A DNA stretch of 64,000 nucleotides, taken from the NCBI RefSeq assembly GCF_001194135.2, contig NC_069002.1, positions 27,330,797 through 27,394,796 on the forward strand, read 5' to 3'. Positions 13,681 through 26,186 of this stretch are shown here, piece by piece; position 1 is the stretch's first letter, and each line of letters begins with the position of its first letter. Below the pieces are notes generated by a model. That model searched no databases and was not told the DNA's origin. It saw nothing but the letters and a program-made list of their open reading frames with translations. The DNA is from Octopus bimaculoides. Lineage: Eukaryota. The translations under genes were made by a program, and so were the position numbers.

Positions 13681-14364
13681 ATACACACACACCACACGAG
13701 GTTTCTCGAGCGAGATGAGCGTGGCCGTTGCCAGTACTGCCTGACTGGCCTTCATGAGGGTGACACATAAAAGCACCCACTACACTCTCTGAGTGGTTGG
13801 CGTTAGGAAGGGCATCCAGCTGTAGAAACTCTCACCAAATCAGATTGGAGCCTGGTGTAGCCATCTGGTTTCACCAGTCCTCAGTCAAATCGTCCAACCC
13901 ATGCTAGCATGGAGAGCGGACGTTAAACGACGACGACGATGACACATATATATATACACACACACACACATATATATATATATCAGGTATATGCTGACAG
14001 TAATTACTCAGGGTAGGCAGTTGGTGACCTTTATGTAGTAAAACACACAAAAAATAAAGCGAAACACAGGCACACAACTGAGTTGGAGGCAGATTTACTT
14101 CTACCTTTATAGCACATAACGAAAACGTTGTTGTAGGAGTGTACACAGCACGTGTACTACAGTAGTTCTATGCGTAGCTTAAATACTGAGATTGAAAAGC
14201 AGGGGTGAATTATGCCTACCTAATCTACAAAACAATTAAATACTTTGCATTTTATGCATAGTAATCAGAGTAACCTTCATAATTTTATTGAATTAGGCGC
14301 ATATTTTGCTATGAAAGGAAAATGTTGCTATCTGTTTTATCCAAGGTAGGCACGTCCCTGGTAT

Positions 14365-14691
14365 ATATATATCACGACGACAGGAGTTCCAGTTGATCCA
14401 ATCAACAGAACAGCCAGCTTGTGAAATTAACGTGCAAGTGGCTGAGCACTCCACAGACACGTGTACCCTTAACATAATTCTCGGGCAGATTCAGTGTGAA
14501 AAGGGTGGGCCTTTGAAATACAGGTACAACAGAAACAGGAAGAAAGAGTGCAAGAAAGTTGTGGTGAAAGAGTATAGCAGGGTTCACCCTCGCCCTGCCG
14601 GAGCCTTGTAGAGCTTTAGGTGTTTTCGCTCAAAACCGCGATCCTACGACTGCGAGTCTGCTGCCCTAACCACTGGGCTATTGTGCTTCCA
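14365..14691 (-). mobile_element. SINE family A, diverged copy
   Basis: Reverse-complement match to the 1158 and 38168 copies, including the tRNA-like head at about 14640-14690. Confidence 0.8.
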
Positions 14692-15326
14692 CAGTATGTA
14701 TGTATATATATATATATATACATACATACAAACATACATACATACACACACACAGATCCAAAATGACGTTTACCTGGTGGACGGATTGAAACATGAATAG
14801 GCAACTTTTATGATTATTATGTTGATTCCGTTCCTTTAAAATTTATTTGTATTACACTATTTGATATGTTTTCATTGTGATACAAATAAAATAAAATAAG
14901 TACCCACTGTATTTCTTCTCCATTTTCTTATATTAACTTAACACGATAGTGGGCAATTTATCTCTATATATATTGCGGAACTTTCTCTCAATATACAAAT
15001 TGACAACACCAGTTGATATCTGGATTTAAAAAACCCTAACAAGGAAATTACATCCTCAATATTGACTATGTATATATATATATACATATTGTTTCATTTT
15101 AACGTTTGTTTTCCAAGTTGATACGGCTGAGATGGAAGGCATTTGAAGTAGGATTTTACTGCTGGATACTGTTCCTGTCACCAACTCTTTTCTGTTCTTT
15201 GCAACCCAGGGATTTTTTAATTGTAGAGGAATTTGAAAGTGCAGAGCTAGCATATGATTGGTTGATAAGAAATGTCAACAAGCTTCACTGTTTGTAGTCG
15301 TAGCTTACTGTAGTTTTGTAAACATT

Positions 15327-15390
<64 letters not shown>

Positions 15391-15575
15391 NNNNNNNNNN
15401 NNNNNNNNNNNNNNNNNNNNNNNNNNNNNNNNNNNNNNNNNNNNNNNNNNNNNNNNNNNNNNNNNNNNNNNNNNNNNNNNNNNNNNNNNNNNNNNNNNNN
15501 NNNNNNNNNNNNNNNNNNNNNNNNNNNNNNNNNNNNNNNNNNNNNNNNNNNNNNNNNNNNNNNNNNNNNNNNNNN

Positions 15576-15625
<50 letters not shown>

Positions 15626-16620
15626 AGGTTTCCACACAGTTTTGATTCACCAAATTCCACTCTCAAAACATGGATTAAATCAAGGCTGCAAGAAAAGACA
15701 CTAACACAAAGTATTGTGCATATATCAGAATTTACAAACCCATCTGACCACCTATAGCATGAAATAGAAACAGATATAAGTAACAAATGGAGCAAGCCTG
15801 TCCCCTAAAGAGACCGTGGTCAGATGAGATGTTGTTTGGTTTAAAGATTCAGACATCAATTGAGATTGTTGGCAAAATTAGACGAAACCTAAATGTTGTT
15901 CTAGGATAATAATTGTGAATCAGACAAGGGATATCGAGACCCGTGTTGGCAGTGGTAGTGGTGGTTTGTGTGCAGGTGTATATAATATGCTTGCGTGAAA
16001 CAAAAAAAATGTGAAATGCAGATGTGTGTGCTGACATGCATATGCAAACATGCATGTACCTGTGCATCTAGGTGCTTCAATGTGAAGAAACATCAATTTA
16101 GATGCATGCATTTATTTGGACATGCAAGTGTCTTGAACCATTCACTTTAATCAGAACACCGAGTTTCTAGAGATTCCACTACCATAATTCATGATAAATA
16201 TTCAACCAATTTATGGAACTCTAAGACTCTGCCTTAGTGTAGAATCTCACCATATGTCAATATATCAACCTGTTCCATTGAATCTTACCTGCAAATTTTT
16301 TTTTTATTGGTTAAATATACACTTCAACACTAACTCCTTAGCATCTAAACTGGCCAGATCTGGCCCAAATATTCTGTTTATGTTCAAACTGGCCAGATCT
16401 GGCCTTCCAAACCTACCCTACAAAGTCATTCTAAAAATACACAATCACCTCATTGAAGCTATAAGATAATTAATGATTAATTCATAATGTGAATATATAA
16501 ACATTACATTCGTCAGAGTAATATGAACACTAAAGGGTTAATATACCAAAATATTGAAATGTCTGTGAGATGAAGAAATGGCAGGGGCTACATGTGGAAT
16601 TAAAAGAAAAATTCATTTAC

Positions 16621-16724
16621 CATAGAAATAAGAAGTAAGGGTTTCCGTCCATAGACATCGGATGCAACTCCAATAATTGGGGAAGATACGAACTGTAACA
16701 ATGAAAACATGGATCCAATCATAC
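16621..16724 (-). CDS. MFSD10: MFSD10-like coding exon 3 (104 nt), contains MFS motif A
   Basis: TTGTTAG|GT ATG ATT GGA... = (G)MIGSMFSLLQFVSSPIIGVASDVYGRKPLLLISM|GTAAAT. Contains MFS motif A (GxxSDxxGRK). Phase 1 in completes GGT from exon 2; phase 0 out. Confidence 0.95.
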
Positions 16725-18837
16725 CTAACAACAGAGAGAAAGTTTAAAGCTGAGAAACATGGATCCATTGGATTAAGAAACATATTAATATTAATTCATT
16801 TTATCAGAATTGGAATGTTAGCAAAGACTGCATCCTTGGATATGTTGGTGTCTAAATTCCTGACAAATGAAGCCTATTAATTTTCAGGTTTTTTGGGGGT
16901 GTTACAATTTTCACTTTCATCATTTATCATCATGCTTGCAAGGGTCAGGAAAAATTTGCCAAGTCAGATTTTCTACAACTGGATGCCTTTCCTGTCCCTA
17001 ACTCTCAGCTGCTTCCAAGCAAATTTAATATTTCCCCATAAACAGACATGTTTTAACAGAAACTTGGAAATGAGACAGACATTAATATATAAACACACAC
17101 ATAATGCCCCAATATTAGACTATTTTCTTTAGTCATTGCACGGTGATCACTTATAAGCCTTAAGATAATAAAATATTATTAAAATATATATAAAGGGCAT
17201 TAACTATGTAGTAATGCCTCACGNNNNNNNNNNNNNNNNNNNNNNNNNNNNNNNNNNNNNNNNNNNNNNNNNNNNNNNNNNNNNNNNNNNNNNNNNNNNN
17301 NNNNNNNNNNNNNNNNNNNNNNNNNNNNNNNNNNNNNNNNNNNNNNNNNNNNNNNNNNNNNNNNNNNNNNNNNNNNNNNNNNNNNNNNNNNNNNNNNNNN
17401 NNNNNNNNNNNNNNNNNNNNNNNNNNNNNNNNNNNNNNNNNNNNNNNNNNNNNNNNNNNNNNNNNNNNNNNNNNNNNNNNNNNNNNNNNNNNNNNNNNNN
17501 NNNNNNNNNNNNNNNNNNNNNNNNNNNNNNNNNNNNNNNNNNNNNNNNNNNNNNNNNNNNNNNNNNNNNNNNNNNNNNNNNNNNNNNNNNNNNNNNNNNN
17601 NNNNNNNNNNNNNNNNNNNNNNNNNNNNNNNNNNNNNNNNNNNNNNNNNNNNNNNNNNNNNNNNNNNNNNNNNNNNNNNNNNNNNNNNNNNNNNNNNNNN
17701 NNNNNNNNNNNNNNNNNNNNNNNNNNNNNNNNNNNNNNNNNNNNNNNNNNNNNNNNNNNNNNNNNNNNNNNNNNNNNNNNNNNNNNNNNNNNNNNNNNNN
17801 NNNNNNNNNNNNNNNNNNNNNNNNNNNNNNNNNNNNNNNNNNNNNNNNNNNNNNNNNNNNNNNNNNNNNNNNNNNNNNNNNNNNNNNNNNNNNNNNNNNN
17901 NNNNNNNNNNNNNNNNNNNNNNNNNNNNNNNNNNNNNNNNNNNNNNNNNNNNNNNNNNNNNNNNNNNNNNNNNNNNNNNNNNNNNNNNNNNNNNNNNNNN
18001 NNNNNNNNNNNNNNNNNNNNNNNNNNNNNNNNNNNNNNNNNNNNNNNNNNNNNNNNNNNNNNNNNNNNNNNNNNNNNNNNNNNNNNNNNNNNNNNNNNNN
18101 NNNNNNGGAAGGGCATCCAGCTGTAGAAACTCTGCCAAATCAGATTGGAGCCTGGTGTAGCCTTCGGGTTCCACCAGTCCTCAGTCAAATCGTCCAACCC
18201 ATGCTAGCATGGTAAGCAGATGTTAAACGATGATGATGATGAGGATATATATATATATATATATATATATATCATCATCATCATCATCAGCGATGGGTTT
18301 CTTTCAGTTTCCATCTACCAAATCCACTCACAAGGCTTTGGTTGGTCCAGTACCTAGTAAAAGACCCTTGCCCAAGGAGCTATGCAGTGGGTCTGAACCC
18401 AGAACCATGTAGTTAGGAAACGAATTTCTTACAATACAACAAAACCTATGCCTATAAACAGATTTTTTTTGTCATAATATGTAAAAAAAAAGACTGCAAG
18501 TGAAAGGTGTCAATGTCCTCAATGAATAAATAATGATTAGTAAGATAATTAATTATTAACCCCAATGCATTATGGCCATAAAAGATAATTCATATTTTAG
18601 AGGTATATCATAGGTGCAGATATAGCTGTGGGGTAAGAAGCTTGCTTCCCAACCACATGGTTCCAAGTTCAGTTCCACTGCTTTTCCATTTTGTCTGCTA
18701 GGACCATGAGGTTGTCTGAATTACAAGAAATTGAGAGAATGTAAGAATTTTGCATCTTACTGCCTGCAGTAGGTATTTCCTTCATAAACATCGAAAAATA
18801 CCTTAGGAATGAGAACACAGGTTCAAAATTTCTCCAA

Positions 18838-18883
18838 GACACCTGATGAAGGCTGGAGAGTATATCAGCCGAAACGTTGTGTT
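18838..18883 (+). ncRNA. Minimal type I hammerhead ribozyme motif (complete core) within repeat unit 18787-18934
   Basis: Stem I GACAC/GTGTT; core CTGATGA plus an extra A; stem II GGCTG-gagagtatat-CAGCC; GAAA; palindromic stem III ACGT; cleavage triplet GTT. Confidence 0.75.
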
Positions 18884-20123
18884 AACAACAAACAAGATGA
18901 GGACAAATATCCGTCAAATGTAAATAATGTAAATAAGGTGATGAGAGGTTCAAGCATGATAGAGGGACAAGAAGAGGTTTGTTGTTGTAGAGGAAATACA
19001 TGGCAAGCCTATATTATAGAATAAAGGGCTGGAGTAATTCGGGAGGAGCTGGAAGGAAAGATTTATAACAGAAGATAGATACACACAAACATATACTTAT
19101 ATGTATGAATGCATATATATGTATGTATATATGTATGTATGTGTGTATGTATTGTTCTTATTGAACAGTGAGACAGACTTAGTTTTCACAACTAACAAGG
19201 TGAAAGGATACAGAAACACCCGTGTCTTCTGATCCAATGATGCCTTTCACAACACCACCAAAATGTGTTATCATGCAGAATTTTCTCCTGGGGCTATTTC
19301 AGCAGTGGAAGGTCTTATCATGTCCAAATGCACTTGAACATGTAAATATGATTCTAAGAAGGGCATCCATCTATAGAAACCATCCAAAGCTAACACTGGA
19401 GCTCAGCACAGTTTGCCAGATCCTGTTAAACTGTTCAAACCATGCTAGCAAGGAAAGCAGACATAAAGTGATGACGACGATGACACACACACACACACAC
19501 ACAGATAGATAGATAGACATATAGATGTACATACATATATACACACACACACACACACATATATACATACACACATATACATAAACATACATACATATGC
19601 ATACATACTCATACATACAAATATATATATATATATATATNNNNNNNNNNNNNNNNNNNNNNNNNNNNNNNNNNNNNNNNNNNNNNNNNNNNNNNNNNNN
19701 NNNNNNNNNNNNNNNNNNNNNNNNNNNNNNNNNNNNNNNNNNNNNNNNNNNNNNNNNNNNNNNNNNNNNNNNNNNNNNNNNNNNNNNNNNNNNNNNNNNN
19801 NNNNNNNNNNNNNNNNNNNNNNNNNNNNNNNNNNNNNNNNNNNNNNNNNNNNNNNNNNNNNNNNNNNNNNNNNNNNNNNNNNNNNNNNNNNNNNNNNNNN
19901 NNNNNNNNNNNNNNNNNNNNNNNNNNNNNNNNNNNNNNNNNNNNNNNNNNNNNNNNNNNNNNNNNNNNNNNNNNNNNNNNNNNNNNNNNNNNNNNNNNNN
20001 NNNNNNNNNNNNNNNNNNNNNNNNNNNNNNNNNNNNNNNNNNNNNNNNNNNNNNNNNNNNNNNNNNNNNNNNNNNNNNNNNNNNNNNNNNNNNNNNNNNN
20101 NNNNNNNNNNNNNNNNNNNNNNN

Positions 20124-20168
<45 letters not shown>

Positions 20169-21079
20169 CATACATGCATACATACATACATACACAATAG
20201 ATTCCTTGTAAGAAACAAAGTTTATTATTATTATTATTTAATTGCATAAAATAATTGCTTCATGACACTGGTAATAGGTGTCAACTTGTAGCAAGCCATA
20301 AAATAGGTACCATAATGCAGTACAGCTTAGCATTACAGGTAATACAAGTATTTTACTTGCTCCCAATTAATTAACATTATTTAGTTAGAAAGGAGACCTC
20401 CGTCTGCAAGTCCTCTGTCCATCTTTGTCTACAGCATAAAAAAAACTCTCAAACAGGTGACATAACACATTTGTGCTTTTGTTCATCTTGAATTAACAAC
20501 GCTTGATTAACAAGGTCACCAGACATTGCAAAAATCTAACATAATGCATTCGTTCCCAACAAACGATTTGTAAGCTATGATTGAATGACTGTTTGGAGAT
20601 GCTCGTTAATTCCCATCAGTCAAGCGTGAATAAGGTGTAGCACTAGAAACATTCAAGAGTGACAGTGTTAATGCAAGCAAATTACTACAATAACAATGAG
20701 AAGAATAAGATTTCAAATAAATGTTAAATAATTGTTGTTAGTAAGAGAGAAAGGAAGAAAAATCATAGTATTATCGTGTGTGTGATATCACCATCACCAT
20801 CATCATCATCATCTGTTAATGTCAATTTCCCATGCTGGTATGGGTTGGACAGTTTGGCATGAGCTGATAAGGCTGGGGGCTGCACCAAGCCCCATGGATT
20901 GTTCTGTCAAGGTTTCTACAGCCTGATGCCCTTTCTAGTGCCAACCACTTTACAGAGTGTACTGGTGAGTTCTAATATGGTAAGATGAACAAAAACCTGC
21001 CTAGCCTTGTATCTTTATAGCAAGAAACTGAGCAGCTCTATCTTCATACAATGTACATTAAATTTTATATGTATGTGTG

Positions 21080-21145
<66 letters not shown>

Positions 21146-21151
<6 letters not shown>

Positions 21152-21289
21152 AAAAAATTAAGGTACTCAGAAACAATTTGAAAATCCTACACGACTAGGT
21201 GAAAAGCGCTTTATTTAATATGTGACATTAATAAAAATCTGTAAATGTACAAACATCCAGATTTCTGAGTACCTTAATTTTTTTCTATA
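21146..21289. repeat. Small element with about 28-bp terminal inverted repeats
   Basis: TATAGGAAAAAATTAAGGTACTCAGAAA ... TTTCTGAGTACCTTAATTTTTTTCTATA. Confidence 0.8.
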
Positions 21290-21409
21290 TAATTTCTGTA
21301 CATCACCTCCAAACCTTCCAATATATATATATATATATATACACCAGAGTAAGCACATAAATGCAAAACAAGGTGGAAAAAATAGTACTCGAATACCAGA
21401 GGTAGAGTA

Positions 21410-21562
21410 ATATGCTTTATTAAAAAGCAGCAAAAACATCACAAAAACTGTTACTCTGAGTTTCACATCCCCATTCGTCAAGCAGTTTGTTTGACAAATG
21501 AGAACGTGAAACTCTGAGTAACAGTTTTTGTGATATGTTTACTGCTTTTTAATAAAGCATAT
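21410..21562. repeat. Foldback (inverted repeat) element, about 70-bp arms, 9-nt spacer
   Basis: ATGCTTTATTAAAAAGCAG...CATTCGTCAA gcagtttgt TTGACAAATG...CTGCTTTTTAATAAAGCAT, embedded in (TA)n. Confidence 0.9.
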
Positions 21563-23639
21563 ATATATATATATGCCATCATCATCATTTAGCACCTGCT
21601 TTCTATGCTGGCATGGGTTAGACAGTTTGACAGAAACTGGTAAGCTGGAGAATTGTACCAAGTTTCAGTCTGATTTGGAATGGTTTCTACAGCAGGATGC
21701 CTTTCCTAACGCCAACCACTCCAAGAGTGTAATGGGTGCATTTTATGTGCCACCAGCATAGGTGCCAGTCATGTGGCTCCAGCATCGGCCATGACTACAA
21801 TTTCCCTTGGATTGACAAGTCTTCTCAAGCACAGCATATCACAAAAGGTCTCAGTCACTTGCCATCGCCTCCATGTATATAAACACACACATGTATATGA
21901 AGGGCTTCTTTCAGTTTCCATCTACTAAGTCCACTCATAACTCTTTGGTCAGCCTGGGGCTATGGAAGAAGATACTTGCCTAAGGTGCTACACAGTGGGA
22001 CTGAACTGAAAACTGCCCAGTTGCAAAGGAAACTCCTTACCCACACACCTATAATACACACACACACTATATGCTTGTATGCCAAGAGACTGAAAGAGAA
22101 GAGAAAGAAGCAGAACAGTTTGAAGATGTTGGTGCCACACCACAAAGAAGAAAAACACTGATAAAGTTACTTCTCATTCAGAGCCAGCTGAAGATAGTGG
22201 CACCGAGGGAAACTGTCATAAGTGCCACATGCTGCTGGGGTGCCATCTCAGGTGGTTGGAAAGCATCCAAATAGAAGTAAGATAAAAAAAAAAGATATGA
22301 AAAATAATAAATTAAATGAAATAAAAACAAAATATAAAAATTCTTTGAGATTCAGCTCCCTCCAGCCATGCCGTTCTCCACTCGGTGTATGCTTGCAACC
22401 AAGAGGTATTGAGATCATTGACAGTAATGTAGATACAGTCATCTCTCTTTCTCTCTCTCTCTCCTACCTACATAAATAAATGAAACAATACAAGACTTCA
22501 GCTGTGTTTAACCCCTTTGTCAATATCAATTGCTAGGGACACTGTATTTAATTTTGAAACCATAAACCAGTGTAGGTGCCACTTAGAAAAAAAAAAAAAA
22601 GCATCCAGTCCAAACTGTAAAGTGGTTGGCATTTAGAAGGGCATCCAGCTGTAAAAACCAGGTCAAAACTGACCTTGCTTGTGCTGGCGCAACATAAAAC
22701 GCACTCAGCCCACTCTGTCGGGTGGTTGATGTTAGGAACGGCATTCAGCCGTAAAAACCATGGCAAAACAGACATAGATGTATGGTGCAGGCTTCCTTCC
22801 TAGCTAGTTCCTGTCTGACCGTCCAACCCATGCTAGCATGGAAGGCAGATGTTAAATGATGACGACGATGAATATGCTACCAAGTATATCAAAAGTTTAT
22901 CAGTCAATACTATGTTTTACTTTTGGTGTTAGCAGTGCATTGTTTTCATTTTTTGAGTGTATCTCTACAGATTTTTCCTGCAGAATTTAGAGCCAGCATT
23001 GAAAGTTAAGATATTTCATATAGGAATACATCCATGTAAACAATACAACCAAAGATTAAAAAAATAGGTATATTTCTGTTAAAACATGTTTTTGTTTCAA
23101 TTCTGAATATAATTAAGAATTTAGTAAATTAACTTTGTAATTATTAATCTTGTACTTGAAACATAAATCAGCATGGAATTTTGATAGAAGGGTTTAATTT
23201 AAATTACTTTTAGCAGAAATTTTATATCACAGAACCAGAGGCAGTCTCAGGTGAGGTTTGCATAAAAAGGGTTAAATCATTCTCATTAGTTTGTATAGTG
23301 TAAAGAAAAACTTTCTACATTTACAGGTTGTTGTTGCTTTTTGTATATGAACATTTTTTATACATTCCACCTGTAAGGGTACGGAAGCTCAGGTTGTCTA
23401 ATGTGCCAGAAAGCAAAAGAGGGTGGCACGTGAGTGGAAAAAGAATCAGGTGCTGAGGTCTTTTTAGTCCTGTCTTGGTGAGGGCATAGCAAGACTTCTT
23501 CAGTGATGGCACCACAAGAAAATGGCATTCACTGCATTCTGTAAAAGAGCATCCAGCCATAGAATCCAAGCCAAAATAACACATATGAGTGGCTCCCATT
23601 AAGAAAGGACTTGGATTGTGACCACCCATTCAACACAGC

Positions 23640-23910
23640 ATGGAGAGGAGGAGGAGGAGAATGATGAAGATAATGAAGAAGAAGACGACGGTGAAGAGGA
23701 TAATGATGGTGATGAAGATGAAAAGGATAATAATGGTGATAATGATGATGATGAGGAGGAGGAGGATGAGAATAATGATGGTGATGATGATGATGATGGT
23801 GGTGATGATGACGATGCTGATGATGATGATGGTGATGATGATGGTGGTGGTGATGATGACGATGCTGATGATGATGGTGACGATGCTGATGATGATGGTG
23901 ATGATGGTAG
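23640..23910. repeat. Compound trinucleotide repeat (GAG/GAA/GAT/GGT)
   Basis: Low-complexity run giving the poly-D/E, poly-M and poly-H pseudo-ORFs. Confidence 0.9.
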
Positions 23911-24152
23911 TGCTCTAGCCAGGCTTTAGATGGGAAGGCTAAAAGCAAACTAAACACACGTGCACACATAATACACATATATATGCATACACAGTCATAC
24001 ATACAAATGCATGCACACACATGCATACACACAGTCACTCACACACACACACACACACACACAAATATTTTAAAAAACAACACACAAAGCTGTGAAAAAA
24101 CAAACAAGGTGCATTGAACAAAAAAAAAGAAGAGGTTCTGCAAAATACTGAC

Positions 24153-24249
24153 CTCCAAACAGAACTGTGTTCCATTTGACATTGTTTGGAATTCCAACCA
24201 AAGTCTGGAAGTATCGGACAGCTTCTTCTAAACTGCGATAAATAATGCT
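24153..24249 (-). CDS. MFSD10: MFSD10-like coding exon 2 (97 nt)
   Basis: Not in the ORF track; read by hand: TTTCAG|AGC ATT ATT... = SIIYRSLEEAVRYFQTLVGIPNNVKWNTVLFG+G, then |GTCAGT. Corresponds to human ...WFATAIGMPVEKRYNSVLFGG. Phase 0 in, phase 1 out. Confidence 0.92.
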
Positions 24250-24517
24250 CTGAAATTGAGGGAAGATGGTTATTGAATTAGAAGAGAGGCAATGGGAGTC
24301 AGATGGTGAGTCAGTGAGTCTGAAATTGAGGTAAGATGGTTATTGAATGAGAGGAGAGGCAATGGGAGTGAGTCAGTGAGTCTGAAATTGAGGGAAGATG
24401 GTTATTGAATTAGAGGAGAGGCAATGGGAGTCAGAGAGTGAGTCAGTGAGTCTGAAATTGAGGGAAGATGGTTATTGAATTAGAGGAGAGGCAATGGGAG
24501 TCAGTCAGTGAGTCAGG
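24250..24517 (-). repeat. Minisatellite, 4 units (70, 62, 70, about 66 bp), each a copy of the exon-2 splice acceptor region
   Basis: Plus-strand units start CTGAAATTGAG at 24250, 24320, 24382 and 24452. Confidence 0.92.
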
Positions 24518-26137
24518 TGATTGTGAAGGAGGGAAGAGAAATGCAGGAATCAAAAGGGGAGGGGGGGAAATAGGTGAGGTGAAGGATGAGGAGAGAAGGA
24601 AAGAGAAGAGAGGAAGAGTGAATTAGGAAATAGAGGGGGTGGTGGTGGTCAAGAATGAGAGAAGGGGGAAGTAGTCAAAGAAAGAGAGGGGAAAGGAGGG
24701 ATGTATAGAGAGAAAAAGGTCAAGAGGGTGACCAAGGCATAAGGAGATAGAGAAAGAGAGAGGTCAGATTGAGGTCAAAGTTACAGAGGTCAGCTTTGCC
24801 TATCATCCTTTCAGGATCAATGAAATAAGTACCAGCTGAACACTGGGGGTGGGGGCAATATAAATGACTTACCCACTCCCCTGAACTTGCTGGCCTTGTG
24901 CCAAAACTAGAAAGAATCCCTTTTGGCAAACTGACAGAATTGCTAGCACGCCAGGCAAAATGCTGAATAGCATTTCTTTTGGTTTTATGTTCTGGGTTCA
25001 AATACTGTTGAGGTTGACTTTCCCCTCAGGGCTCCACAACCATTTTTCACTTGTGGGGCACTTGTATTCTTTTCAAAATTCAGTGGCACACATGAACTAA
25101 AAATGTAACTAGAAGTATAGGAGACAAAATGATATTCAGGTTACTTTGTGACACACCTAGCATCATCTCGTGGCACACAAGTTGCAGAGCACAGCTTTAC
25201 TTTTCATCCTTTCGATATTAATAAATTAAGTACTAGTTGAGCGCTGGAAGTCGATGGAATCAACTCCAAAATTTCAAACCTTGTGCCTATAACAGAAAGG
25301 TACAGATTGTGATAAGAAGAACAATGGTGCTAGACGAAATTTCATATCAGTGCTGATGTTTGAGGCTACTCAGATACAAAGCATATGTTTGGAAACACTG
25401 CTACTACCTTTCCAATCCTGCAGTCTATGTTCGGTTCCACATGGCCAGCGCTGTTTACAATTTGGCCAAGAATATTTGAACCAGAGTGGATTTTGCTAAA
25501 GCCATGCAAAAATCAATTGGTGCAGTTAAAAACGAACAACAAATTAAGTTGACCAACCATATTAATGTCATTAAAAGACTTAACGAAAGAGTATGTTCCA
25601 CTTACTTGTAACCTAATCGATTTGCCTGGTTTATCACACGAGTAAGCAAGTAGATAAGTAGACTCATGGCACAATAGAGATAAGTTTCAAGGAGTAATGT
25701 TTATTAAGGTGACTCCCTAGATGTGAATTGGGCCATAAAGTATTGATACTTTAGAAACCAGGCAAACCCATTTGCCCTTTTGTTTTCAAATTACTCTCTC
25801 AAAAGTAATGCTTATCTATTTACATTACATTGAATCAATTATGCATTATCTCATAGTTTTGAAATTTTGGAGGTATGATTGTATATATTTAGACTGATAT
25901 TGTAGTGTAGGTGTGAGAAGCCAGATCTAGCCAGTTTGAACAGAAAACAGGTAGAATATGTGGGCCAGGCTTACGTACTAGGCCAGATCACATTCTAGTA
26001 CAAGGCTTACAAAGAATAAGTCCTGGGGGTCGACTTGTTTGACTAAAACACTTCAAGGTGGTGCTCCAGCATGGCTGCAGTCAAAATGACTGAAACAAAT
26101 AAAAGAATATATATATATATGTATGTATATATGTATG

Positions 26138-26186
<49 letters not shown>

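Noticed and set aside
23529-24038. Poly-His, poly-Asp/Glu and poly-Met ORFs
   Set aside because: Compound trinucleotide repeat in MFSD10 intron 2; all frames are open for compositional reasons.
25027-25194. hAT-like MITE (CAGGGCTCCACAAC...GTTGCAGAGCACAG); similar hints at about 2763 and 39805
   Set aside because: TIR match is only 10/14 and no clear 8-bp TSD is present; plausible but not supportable.
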